DNA of 63,646 bases, filler included, from Octopus bimaculoides (GCF_001194135.2; 5 parts of 5 records of this genome joined end to end with filler, not necessarily neighbours in it), one strand, 5' to 3'; shown: positions 41,244 through 53,550, counted from the whole stretch's first letter. A program made the numbers and translations. The notes: generated by a model from the sequence alone, not told the origin.

Positions 41244-41411
41244 CTATGGAAAAATATACGTAGACGGAACTTCCTTTCCTGCCATAACATATATTTGATA
41301 ATACTGTGACAGTACTTCAATCCAACAGTGTCATTACTCAAATATTTAGTTCAGCATGCTTTTATTCTTTCTTTTTTCGCCCTTCCATGCTCCTCTACAC
41401 TCTGTCTAATT
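41088..41411 (-). repeat. Right arm (probable donor) of the inverted duplication
   Basis: Reverse complement of 39837-40112. Confidence 0.95.
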
Positions 41412-42205
41412 TTATATTCTTCTTTCCTGTCTTTCTTACTTTAAACTAACTAATTTATTTCTATCTCCGAGGATTATCAAGTTGTCTGGCTTCCTGTTAC
41501 TATATGTCACATTATAAACAACATGCGCAAATACTCGACTTCTTGACCTCAATTCCTAACCACCAGCTCAAAAATATCAACACTTATTTGTAGCGTTTTA
41601 ATTTCATATAAATGCATGATATTTAAGAAAATTCCACTGCTTGTGCATTCACGACGAATATCATTTTAGCCAAATTAAATATATAGACAATATAGATTAT
41701 TAAGAATTCTTCTCACTACTCGCTGATATCATCTGACGTGCGTGTGTTGTATATACACATATTCCATAAGAAGTCGTTCTCCGACATGAAATCCGACGAC
41801 AAAATGCTAGGCTGACACATCGCTTCTTTGTACAAACGAATTACACAGGTTAGTTATATCTGGTTGTGTTTTTAAATGCATGCTTGGTAACATCTATTGC
41901 AAGGGGCACACATCATTGCCACATCTGTCTAAAAACTGTAAGCTGCTAAGAGGACTGAAAAGAAACAAACATCCGTGCTGCTCGTGTTTGAGAGAATATC
42001 CAACCTAAGGCATTATTCGAAATTGAATCGCAGCCATTCTATATATAGGTGAATTATAGTTTTTCGTTAAATCATTTATGTTTTTCAACATGTACGGAAA
42101 TAGCCGAAGCCATCCCTACCTCTCTTTATATATGCACATTTAAATTTGCCGCCAGGCAGAAGCATGTTGAAATCTAATAAGGAAGCTTAGTTTTCTTTCA
42201 CTCGT

Positions 42206-42244
<39 letters not shown>

Positions 42245-42412
42245 NNNNNNNNNNNNNNNNNNNNNNNNNNNNNNNNNNNNNNNNNNNNNNNNNNNNNNNN
42301 NNNNNNNNNNNNNNNNNNNNNNNNNNNNNNNNNNNNNNNNNNNNNNNNNNNNNNNNNNNNNNNNNNNNNNNNNNNNNNNNNNNNNNNNNNNNNNNNNNNN
42401 NNNNNNNTATAT

Positions 42413-42468
42413 ATAAGCAATTATGAGGATAAGTAATTATGAGGATAAGCAATTATGAGGATAAGCAA
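42413..42468. repeat. 16-bp tandem repeat ATAAGCAATTATGAGG x3.5
   Basis: Units at 42413, 42429, 42445 and a partial unit at 42461. Confidence 0.9.
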
Positions 42469-42486
42469 ATTAGACACAAAAAAATT

Positions 42487-42625
42487 TACAGCAGAAAAGG
42501 CTGTGGTCGGCCCATATCTTCTACGTGACTCCATGAATACGGACCGCTATCTTCAGATGTTCGAATATTACGTGTGGCCCACGGTAAGAATTTCATATTA
42601 TACTGATTTTGAATACCCTTGAATA
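42487..42625 (+). mobile_element. Short fragment of a related Tc1/mariner (rosa-like) element ending in a TIR-like sequence
   Basis: VVGPYLLRDSMNTDRYLQMFEYYVWPTV is homologous to 43090-43180(-); followed by ttttgaatacccttgaata. Confidence 0.75.
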
Positions 42626-42733
42626 AACTGATGTCTACATATCAATTTCTCCATTTTCTTCTTTTTCTCATTCATAAATAATTTAAATACTAATATCCAT
42701 CAATTCAAAACGTAGGCAAATGAAAATAAATCT

Positions 42734-43921
42734 TCATATTTCAACGTAAGCACCGGTGGCGCCAAACAGTTTTCTCAAACGGACAGGGATGGAATGAACA
42801 ACCTTCTGAAGGATGTTGACGGGTATATCATTGAGAACTTCCTGAACCTGTGTCTCCAAGTCCTCCAGTGTGCGAAGTTTTGTCGTGTACACCTCCTCTT
42901 TTGAGTAACCCCATAGGTAAAAATCACATGGTGTAAGATCCGGACTTCTTGGAGGCTATTCATGAGGTCTGTGTCGTTCCATCGAACGTCCTGAAAGATG
43001 TTGGTCTAACGACGCACGCACAGTTAGTGCAAAATAGGGCGTTGCAACATGCTGCATGGATATCGGGTCGCCAATGTTATCCTAGACACCGTTGTCCACA
43101 CGTAATGTTTTAACACCTGAAGATAGCAGTCCGTATCCATGGTGTCACGTAGAAGATATGGGCCGACGACTCTTGTTGCCGTCATTTCGCACCACATGGT
43201 CACTTTTGGTGGAACTTGCATCCTCTCAACCGTCATATTCGGATCCTTATCACACGACGCGCAGAAAGGGAAGTTGAGACGATTGATGAAATCACCAACA
43301 TGGAATACAGCCTCGTCACTCCAGAGGATGTTTTCAAACAATTCAGGCCAAACTAGCATTAACTCCGCATATTCCATTCTGCGGCCATGGTCTTCAGGTT
43401 TTAGCTCCTGTACGTAATGGGGTTTCCACGGACAACAATTCAATTCTTTATGCAACACCGTACGTCTTCTTTGTTTTCTTAGTCTCCTTTCACGAGCTGA
43501 TTAACGTGTTGATTTTTGTGGGCTGCGATTAAACGTTTCCTCCACGGTTGCCACGTTCTCCGCTGATCGGGATGTGGTTGAACGGCCACTTCTTGCATCG
43601 TTCACAGAGCCCGTGGTCATCAGCTTTGCATGACAACTTTTTATGTTCCCCGGACTTAGTATTGCATGCTTCCCTTTCCATGTACGTCACCATCTCTGAA
43701 CCAAAATAATGTAATTCCACACTTCATAGCGTGCTGCTATCTTAGCTCGCTCCTGGTCAGTCAAGCGACCGGCCACCTGGAAAATAAGAAATAAGACAAT
43801 AAGAAAATAAGAAATCCCTATTAATTTTGTCTGTTTAAAAGTTGTTTTCGTCATGACTTCGGTGATACTAAAAATTTTATAAGCAATTTCTAATGCCTAG
43901 CTACTTTCCACTCGCCTTGTA
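42734..43921 (-). mobile_element. Tc1/mariner DD41D (rosa-type) transposon, dead, one TIR visible
   Basis: N-terminus (V/M)AGRLTDQERAKIAARYEVW..VQRW*, KLMTTGSVNDARSGR, WKPHYVQEL, WSDEAVFH, MQ[H=D]VATPYF...*PPRSPDLTPCDFYLWGY with 41 residues between D2 and D3; stop at 42734-36; TIR TA-CAAGGCGAGTGGAAAGTAG at 43901-43921. Confidence 0.9.
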
Positions 43922-45008
43922 TGTATNNNNNNNNNNNNNNNNNNNNNNNNNNNNNNNNNNNNNNNNNNNNNNNNNNNNNNNNNNNNNNNNNNNNNNNNNN
44001 NNNNNNNNNNNNNNNNNNNNNNNNNNNNNNNNNNNNNNNNNNNNNNNNNNNNNNNNNNNNNNNNNNNNNNTGTGTGTGTGTGTGTGTGTGTTTTCCTGTC
44101 CTTTTTTTAATCATCTAACTGTCCGGATGTTTTGTTGTTGCCTGTTACGTTCATGTTTCATTTTTTGCCTTCTCATATATATATATATATATAGTCAACA
44201 GTTGAGATCCAGCGATTCTCAGTAGAGAAGACACTTAGCGCTCAAATGATTCAAACTTAGACTCAGATGTCTTTACGAGTGATCAATTCCCCGGGGTAAA
44301 GAAAGACTAGAAGAAGGATGAATTTGAACAGATATGAAGGCAACTGGGGAATAAAAAGTTATTGGATATATTGGATATAACAGCTTGAGCATGAAATACA
44401 AAATATATATATATGTATACATGTAAAACGAGAGAAAGCAAAGACGATGAAATTTAAGTAAAATATAAAGATATTTATATCAATAGACCAAGTTACAGAG
44501 TACAAACGTCAGAGAAAATTACGGGAAGGAAGAAAGGTATTTTAAGTCCAACAACTGTTTCTGGGGGTTCGGATATCCGTCAAAATGTTGGTAGATCATT
44601 CATAATCTATGTATAGACCCCCCCCCTCCAACACACACACACGTGTATATATATATATATATATATTGTTGGAGTAGTGGCCTTTATATTTGTTGGAATG
44701 GTGTTCGCTAACATAAATTTCCATGCATGTTAAAACGTGTATATTGCGGGCTTATTCTTCATGAAGCTGAAGTAGTTTTTGATGACAACTACAGCAATGA
44801 TAACGATGACAGTGCTTACAATGAAGCGGATTACGATGATGATTACAACCGCGGTGATGATAATGTTTTAGAAATTGTCGCAGTAATGGTGAAACTGATG
44901 AAATATTTCATCACAAATAAAACATAGATTCACACGTGTATGTACACACACACGCACACATACACATTCACACACATATGTATAGTCACACATACGCTCG
45001 ACAACACG

Positions 45009-45039
<31 letters not shown>

Positions 45040-45929
45040 CCACGCGTATAAACGCATAAAAATCCACTTTAGCACGCGCGCAAACGCTGTATATCTCTTA
45101 TAGTAGGAAATGTTGGAAGCTGAATGATTTTACAATTTGATAATTTTATCTTGCCGGCAGAACATTTTTTTGTTCTTTTTACTTCACATTTTTCTCCAAT
45201 CAGCTATATTTTCAAATTTTATTTTTTTTAATTCCGTCTCGTATCACAATTCTATTTCATTAGAAAAATTATTTTCTGGAGATAAGGCTGCTGAGTTGGA
45301 AACAGTATACAAATCATTAAGCGTGTTCACTTAATGACATTCGCAAATTACTATTATTACGTCACAGATAAAATATTTGTTTTGCCCCAGCATATCTGTT
45401 GACATGGGCGTTTGCGTGAATATAATTTTCTTCAGGAAAGGAAAAAACTCCGACTCAGAATCTACAGCTGAAACTTTAGTAATAAGGTATATAAATAGTA
45501 TTCAAGAATATTTACACCTACCAAGAAAGCATTTCATATAAATTGAATGTGAGTTTAGTTGTGGCATTGTTTGCTATTGTCAAAATATTTTTGCTTTTGT
45601 TGCTGCTTTTTATGTTTTCTTACTATTGTTGTTGTGCGGCTTCATATCAAATTTGACATGGAAATGGAAGTATTAGCCGAGCGAACAGATGCAATATCTC
45701 AGCTTAGCTGAGTTAGCTAGAGAGGAAGGTATTTGGGTTATTAATATTAAATATAAATTTTCCTAGAATATTTCAGGGTGTGATCAGAAACGTGTGCGGT
45801 CTGGTAGATGTTACAATTGTTATTTCACTTGCGCTTTTGTTGGTCTTCAAAATTTTTAGGATTTTGCATAGCTCCTAGAGTCTGGAAATGTGTCGGTACA
45901 AGTTGGTAGATAATTGGTGAGTGAAGAAG

Positions 45930-46460
45930 AACTACCTCATTCGAGTAGAAGAACTACCTCATTCGTTTTCAGGGATGTTGCCAGATGCAACCCGGTGGTA
46001 GCTAACTTTTCAATCTGCACCTCAATTGTTCCAAATCTTTTGCCCCTGGCAAGGTACGAAATCCCTTGCCAGACTGGTCTCAATACCATTTCTATCTGTG
46101 TCGTAGCCATGTTTTCAATTTTTCCAGCTGCCACTGACTACGTCCTATAAACTATCGTTCTTTCCATGTTTGTCTTTAAGACTTCTTCGGAGGGCGGGAT
46201 CACCTTCACTTCGTTCCTCTCCCTTTTCAGCATTTCCTTATTCTTGTTTATATCTTCCAGCCTTACGTCTTCGTGCTTTTCATCCGTCGATGCAGCATAG
46301 CTCCTTTCTTTCAAAGCCTTGTCTATCCTATCCAAGCACTCCACCATCTCCTCCTCTGACGACATATATTCCGAGGAAGGGCAGCCTTCAATACTCGAAA
46401 CAGAGCAACTCAAAGCTTCACAACTTCTTGTTCGATGTCCCTCCATCAGAAGAGGAAAAG
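45930..46460 (-). mobile_element. Coding-like remnant, possibly ORF1 of a LINE (unresolved)
   Basis: About 170 codons in one frame broken by one stop (..EEEMVECLDRIDKALKERSY..KVIPPSEEVLKTNMERTIVYRT*..MVLRPVWQGISYLARGKRFGTIEVQIEKLATT..); no diagnostic motif recognised. Confidence 0.35.
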
Positions 46461-46521
46461 CGTCACACAGCCAAAAAAAAAAAAAAAACACGCACAGAAT
46501 CAACATATCAAATGAATCCTG

Positions 46522-46566
46522 GGTAACTGGAAGCAAGCTTCTTACCACACAGCCATACCTGCGCCA
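46522..46566 (-). mobile_element. SINE family B head, first ~36 nt only
   Basis: ggcgcaggtatggctgtgtggtaagaagcttgcttcca on the minus strand. Confidence 0.8.
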
Positions 46567-46679
46567 ATATGTGTGTGTGTGTGTGAGCGTGCATACACAT
46601 GTGTGTACGTGCGCGTTAATAGATAAACAGAGAGAGCGGGAGATAGATAGAGAGATAGATAGATAGATAGATAGATATC

Positions 46680-46732
46680 TTTTTATTATAGCCACACAGG
46701 GCTAAATACAGAAAATGGACAAATTACAATGT
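46680..46732 (-). mobile_element. LINE-like 3' terminus with AATAAA and (TATC)n tail, truncated by a scaffold join
   Basis: Minus strand ttgtccattttctgtatttagccctgtgtggctataataaaaagat(atct)n; resembles the tail of the SINE at 36510-36562. Confidence 0.55.
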
Positions 46733-47779
46733 NNNNNNNNNNNNNNNNNNNNNNNNNNNNNNNNNNNNNNNNNNNNTTAATTAATTAANNNNNNNNNNNN
46801 NNNNNNNNNNNNNNNNNNNNNNNNNNNNNNNNTATATATATATATATATGCATATAAATATACATACGTTCACAGAAAACTAGAGAAAGCGTGAGCAACT
46901 AAACAAGTAGATGGAATGAAAGTTGAAACTAGTAGGGAAATAGATATGTTGATAGAATAAGGAACTGATGCAGAATTTTAGGAAAATATAGTGGAAGCAG
47001 GTAAAAGAATAGTGTAGTAGTTGTTCCAGAGTGAAAGAATGCACGAACACATACGTAATGTGTGTGTGTGGTGTAGTAATTTATACACTAACATGAAATT
47101 GAATATGTCCGACAATTATCTCAATTATCAGAGAAAAACGTGTTACATCACGTGCTCATTCTTGGTTTGAAAAGACATCAACACACTCAGCGCAAGGCAT
47201 ATATGATTTTATGTTTCTGTCCTCATATTTTATACGTTTATATAAGTCATTAACTCATCGCTACCTCTATACATTAAGGTTGAAGGCACCCGGAAATAAT
47301 ATTTGTCTAACATGGAAATATTAGCTATTTATTGAATTATGCATCAGATTTCATGCATTAAATTAACATGTTTAAAATGAATAGGAAAGTTTATTGGCAG
47401 TTTTGTAAATTTACATATATTAATAATTAATATTTATGTATTTAAGTGTGGGTAATTCTACTTATGGAGTACACTATATTATATCGAACCGTTTGAATCG
47501 CTATGACGACGGACAAAATTGCTTAGTGGAATTTCGTCTTTCTTTATTTTCTGATGTATGTATGTATGCATGTATGTATGTATGTATGTACGCATGTATG
47601 TATGTATGTATGTATGTGTTTCTGTACTTGTTACTATATATGACGAATGAGCAAACACAAACAAAAAAAACGCGATAAAGTCGTCTTTAGGCAAAGCTGT
47701 TATTAGTATAACGCTTGAAAATGAAGGGACAACGTCTTTAATATATACCTTCACCAGAGAAAATGAATTAAAACGGAGA

Positions 47780-48010
47780 AAATCGGTGGAAAGAAGAAAA
47801 ACGATTGAAGGAGTAGATGGAAACGCGGTTCTCTGGAGAGAAAAGGGAAGACGAGAGAAGGTAGGTTGTTTTGTGCATGAATAGAAGGCTCTCTATGTAG
47901 GAATATGGGCTAGAAGGAATTGTGTGAACAGTGTGGGATGCAGGATGTCACTTGCGGGGTGTGGAGGTGTCCAAGTGTGAAATATGGCGTGGGGAAGTTA
48001 GGAGAATAGA
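47780..48010 (-). mobile_element. Possible Penelope-like RT remnant
   Basis: Minus strand acatcctgcatcccacactgtt..caattccttctagcc..ttcctac..aga..ct.ttca is compatible with a decayed SSHP.HCK.SIP.SQFLRLRRLCS motif. Confidence 0.35.
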
Positions 48011-48027
48011 TAGCTTCAATTAATAAT

Positions 48028-48197
48028 ATTGGTTTCAAAATTTTAACACTCGACCAGTAATTTTGAAGGACGGGTTAAGTCGATTACATTCACCCAATTG
48101 CTTAACTGTTACTTAATTTATCAACCCCGATAGGATGAAGGCAAAGTCGACCTCGGCGGAATTTGAAATCAGAATGTAAGGAGTGACGAAATGCCGA
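48028..48197 (-). mobile_element. SINE family A, 5'-truncated
   Basis: attggtttcaaaatttt...aagtcgattac...ggatgaaggcaaagtcgacctcggcggaatttga. Confidence 0.88.
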
Positions 48198-48219
48198 TAA
48201 TTCATTTAATTCAAGCTGT

Positions 48220-48260
<41 letters not shown>

Positions 48261-48273
48261 CGTGTATACGGGT

Positions 48274-48562
48274 ATACTCTTTTACTCTTTTACTTGTTTC
48301 AGTCATTTGACTGCGGCCATGCTGGAGCACCGCATTTTAGTCGAGCAAATCGACCCCAGGATTTATTCTTTGTAAGCCTAGTGCTTATTCTATCAGTCTC
48401 GTATGCCGGACCGCTAAGTTACGGGGATGTAAACACACCACCATCGGTTGTCAAGCGATGTTGGGGGACAAACACAGACACACAAACACAGACACACACA
48501 CACATATATATACATATATACGACGTGCTTCTTTCAGTTTCCGTCTACTAAATCCACTCACA
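48274..48562 (-). mobile_element. SINE family B, 5'-truncated, young
   Basis: Close reverse complement of 14975-15405, including terminal (ctctttta)2 and a short internal CA/TA tract. Confidence 0.92.
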
Positions 48563-48619
48563 ATTTGCAACTTTTACAATTTTACAATATTGAAATATAG
48601 CTAGTACTTTCATGCATTA

Positions 48620-49400
48620 TGCAATCATCACGCTTATGTAGTGACAGTCGTGTTCCACAATTGGCGGTAAACGAGGAACTAATTAGGAACCTAAGAATGC
48701 AGACAGTGCTAGGCATAGAAACACCAGCAAACCCAGAAAACACCGAATATATTTGTATAACCCTTACTACGACAATCTATCAGAACCCTTTCACACACAC
48801 AATTGTAGATGTCACTGAATATTTAATAACTCTTAATTATCCCACTCCGCGACCCTGAATTGAGAAAATGTCACAGCTGTATCTAAAGGATACAAACTAA
48901 AAGAAACCATAATCATAAATACACCCTATTATTAGCTAACGTGAGATAAATTTAACCCCAAATCTGAGTGTCTAGTAAGACGGATTGTATTGAAATGAAA
49001 GCTAAGACTAAGTCTTCTTTCGGCAGTCGGGAGAAAAAGTCCTTCTACCACTGGCTCTGATACTATCGTAACTGCGCCAGATACTAGCACCAAATATCCC
49101 ACCCCAACCTCACTAGCAACTTGAGATAACGGGTGCCCCACATTACTATCAACATCCCATCCAAGTGAACACAAGTAGAATTTCAAACCTGTGAAATAAT
49201 ATCCCTTAAATGGAAACTGCGTCCAAGATAATGTGGTGTATGAGTGTACGTGTGTCTCCAGCTGGAGGAACCCCTCTCTTTACTCAGGATCGTTTTGTTT
49301 GGTGTTGTGCTTCACTTAGAAGAAAATTTGTTTTACTCCCCGAACTAGGCCATTAATCTTGACGAGGGTGTTTTTAGACACCTGTGAAGAATTTAACTCA
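48620..49400 (+). mobile_element. Possible Penelope-like element remnant (GIY-YIG region)
   Basis: YPLNGNCVQDNVVYECT at 49200-49250 resembles the PLE CPLNG.C...VVY.a.v motif preceding YIG; the rest is highly decayed. Confidence 0.4.
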
Positions 49401-50976
49401 AAACGTAATGAGTCAGAACATATACCTCAGGGAATCTGGTCTGATGTTTCTGCTGTTCCCGCTACATTAGCAATTTCTATCAACGCCGACAGAATGAAAG
49501 CATTGATGACTTCGGTAGATTTGATCTCAGAGCGTAGAGAGTCAAAACATCTACTGCAAGGCATTCAATCTAATCTTCGAACGACTCCACCAATACCATG
49601 TGAATAGCTCAATCTCTGAATTATTTGGTCTGTTTTATTACTAAATATTTTACATTATTAATGTTGGGCTGTAAATATCCTCTTTGCGATGCTTGACCCA
49701 AACCTTAAAACTACCAACCAATTGATGTGTTCTTTGTGTTAATCTTTTTCTTTAATATCTTCGATGTAAATGAAACTGTCACACTAAAGATATTTCTGGC
49801 CGTAATGACCACTGCCAATTTCAATATGAAGATAGACATTAGCAGCACAACTACTACGGCCAACACCAAGCTATTCTATTCATTTAAAACCAGAAGCCAT
49901 AAAATACTCCTTTATTCATATTAGAGAGCTTCAGTCTCTCACTCTACATTGTTATTAATTATCTTGGATGGAAAATGAAATACAAGTTTAGGTGTCTCTT
50001 TGTGTTTAACTTTACTTCCTCTGATGATGTCTCGTACAATGTAAAGAGCCGACAGATATTGTCACGTGTTCTCGGAATGTTTCTATTGCGTTCTTCTTTT
50101 TAACAATAGCCTAGCAATTTGAATCCCTACTGCCAGATAACTTTATAATCAGAATATATCTTCTTTTCAGTATTATATTCTACACACTTTAGCACGGTCG
50201 TAACCTGAGAATACTTTTCTCATTATCTAAGGTATTTCAGTAATAAAACATCTAGAATCTCTGAATTGTTGAGAGAAAAGGAATTGCATTGATAACACGC
50301 CTGTATATGGGCTCACAATTTACTTTCTTAATTGAATTTTATATAGGCAAGTTCCAGTTGTAGGTAAAAGAATTCGTGTCTCAATCCACTAAAATGTTAA
50401 AAAAATACTTCGTATATTTAAAACTTGTGACTTTCAATACAATTTAACGAGTTCAATTTTTCCGCCTTAATCGGTTTCCTAATAGAAATAAATATTTAAA
50501 AGATACAGCCAGAAATCCATCAGTAAAACCTTTCACTCGACTGTATTATACAGAAGAAAAAAAATGAAGTCCATTTAAAATATTTTTTACAATGGAAAAA
50601 TACCACGTAGTTGTTAGCAAAGTGTTATTTAGCTTGAATATATTTCAATGGATCTTTAACCTTTAATCAATAAATTAGATGAACTGTTTTAGATGAAATC
50701 TCAAAATAAAGGTGGAATAGAATTATAGACGTGCTATTTGGCCGCTATTTTCTTCTAAATTTAAAGAAATCACGAACACGTATTCACTTGAATAGACAGT
50801 AATATTCTCTACATTGAAACGATAGCGTGTACTTAAAAGGATATTCATACTCGACTGAAAATCATAGTCATTATGTGTTTAGTTATATCTCATCTTTTTT
50901 TTTATATATATTGTCAGAAATAATAGGGGAAGCCTATAGGAAGAACTATTATTATGTATTTATACCCTTATATGTG

Positions 50977-51066
<90 letters not shown>

Positions 51067-52700
51067 AATATATGTGTATATATATATATATATTTGTGTG
51101 AATGTATGTATAGATATGTGTGTGTTTGTGTGTGTGTGTATGTAGCGCTATTAATTTTATATATTCCTAAATGAATCTGCACATTTGTGTGGAACTTTAT
51201 TCTTGATTGTCGGTGTACGTTCTATGGTGTACATGTGTTTTAGCTGTTCATCAGTTACTTATTCTCAGAATAAACCTTTCTAATGTTCTCACAGATTCCA
51301 ATTTTGCACCATGCCAAAGGCGACAATTACCATCAGTGGTAGTTTAGAAACTTACTGATCTCTTTAGATCGTCAACTCTTTGTTCTTTCTCAAGTTCTCT
51401 TTGTTTCGTTTTTCTTGTCTTTTATGAATATTCTTTGACGAGAAGTTTATTTATATACAACCATACAATGCTGTATGCACATATATTAAGTGAATCTATG
51501 CTTTGCATAAGTTTGTAGGTTTTTGTATTGTATGCATGTGTGCGCGTGTGTATGCGTGTGCGCGCGTGTGTGTTATCTTTATATCTGTGAATGTATAGAT
51601 ATGCTATGAAGTTGTGCTCAACAAATCTGTATGTTTATAAATATGATTTATGAATGCAATATTATAATTGTATGTATCTATGTGAATGTAAGCATGTGTG
51701 TGTGCACATATTTATGTGTGGTTGAGAGAATCTGCATGAATGTAAAGCATACCTTTACGTTTACATATTCATTGTAGTGCATTGATATAAAATTCTAATG
51801 GTTGCATATGAATGCGTCTTATGTGAATTCATACTTTACTTTTGAGTAAGAAAAAAAAAGTGTTTGTGATTATGTATGCTTATATCGTTCTATTGCTTTC
51901 TGTAATTACATATTAACTATTTATATATATATATAGAGATAGATATATATTCTCGCGTACGAAACAGCGTTGATTCTATATAGTTCTGTGTACATTTATT
52001 TTTAACATTTGCGCTGAGTTACTTGGTTATGTGCCAGTATCGATGCGAACATATGCATCTATTATTTGTGTTTAATGTTTGTTTTATTCATATTCATATC
52101 TTTATGTTCACAAGAAACACACTGATATGTGCAAACGTGTATTTGCAGAATCTCGTCTCTACATGCTTCTTTGTATCGGTTATCATCTATGTTGTTTATA
52201 AACTTGAATTTCCTACAATCTTTTAGTTTATACAAATCCGATTCAAAAGCGGGTAACTACATATATCTTTGTTTAAGTGTAGCAGTAAAATACGCTAGCG
52301 GCTATTACGGATGTAGAATTAATAAACCATTCGACTACAGGCACAAGACTTGAAATATTTGGAGGTGGGGGTTAGTCGATTACACCCTGCCCAATACTCC
52401 ACGTGTACTTATTTTGGATCTTGTTCAAAACGGGGGCACCAGCTTTCATTATTGTTTCATGTAGTGTTTTTGGTACCGAAAGACTTTGAAACTTCGTATA
52501 CTTATCTATTTTGTGTTATAGAACAGAAAAAAAATTTTGTATTCGGATTTATTTCATGTAAAAAATTGTCTTATTTCGATAATTTCAACCAATCACTGAC
52601 AAGTATTCAGCTGTTTACAGTTACTCCTAAGCGGTGTAAAGCGTATTTAATCTCCATTACTTCTGACATTTTGCAGAGGCAACACACGTGTGTTCGTTTT

Positions 52701-52730
52701 CCCTAACCCTAACCCTAACCCTAACCCTAA
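52701..52730. repeat. Interstitial telomere-type repeat (CCCTAA)5
   Basis: Five perfect CCCTAA units. Confidence 0.9.
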
Positions 52731-53084
52731 TTGACTTGCTCCTTCCCTCAAAAACCATGCCTTGTGCCTATAATAGAAAGGTTTATTAGCTACTGCCAAT
52801 ATGCTTCAGCCATTTTTTGACAAGGAAATAATAATTTTATCACCGCCGAGAATCGTTTGTTTACGTAGTCAGCGCTTAATTTTTACGGCTGAATGGACGT
52901 CAGTCATTGGTTGAAATTACAGAAATACGACAACTTTAACATGAAATAACTTGCGATGTATGTTTTCTTTTTTTGTTAAGAAGACTAAGAGAAAAAGATG
53001 TTTTATATGACACATTCTACCAGTGTCCCAAGTTTCAAAGTGTTTCGTTAAGAAAATACTGATGCCCCCGTTTTGAACAAGATC

Positions 53085-53310
53085 CCTTATTTTATCGCAC
53101 TTGAAAGGATGAAAGACAAAGTCGACCTCAGAGGTATTAAAACACAGAACGTAACTACGGACGAAACACCATTAAACATTTTGTCCTACCAGCTAACGGT
53201 TTTCTCAGCCTTTGACATTAGCTTAATACTCATTTTTAATTTTTGCACTAGGTCAGCAAGTTCATTACAGGGGCGGCTAACTGATTACATTGACTCAGTA
53301 TTCGACTGGT
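53085..53310 (-). mobile_element. Two degenerate SINE family A pieces
   Basis: gaaaggatgaaagacaaagtcgacctc...gacgaaacacc (53103-53215) and a tail piece ..ctaactgattacattgactcagtattcgactggt (53230-53310). Confidence 0.7.
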
Positions 53311-53550
53311 AGTGGAGGCGCAATGGACCAGTGGTTAGGTCAGCGGATTCGCGGTCGTAGGATCGCGGTTTCGATTTCCAAACCGGGCGTTGTGAGTGTT
53401 TATTGAGCAAAAACAACTAAAAGCTCCACGAGGCTCCGGCAGGGGATGGAGGTAAACCCTGCAGTACTCTTCCACCACAACTTTCTTTCTCTCGCTCTTT
53501 CTTACTGTTTCGGTTGTGTCTGTATTTCAAAGGGCCAGCCTTGCCACACA
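53311..53550 (+). mobile_element. SINE family C (distinct tRNA-derived head)
   Basis: ggaggcgcaatggaccagtggttagg (A-box) ... ggtttcgatttcca (B-box) ... gagtgtttattgagc..aaagctccacgaggctccggcagggg; relatively GC/CpG-rich. Confidence 0.8.

Noticed and set aside
42413-42468. Short tandem repeat considered as a CRISPR-like array
   Set aside because: No spacers, eukaryotic context, no cas genes
49500-49560. TTGATGA...GTC-AAAA-C, a second hammerhead-like trace downstream of the PLE-like remnant
   Set aside because: Both core boxes are mutated and I could not form stems I and III
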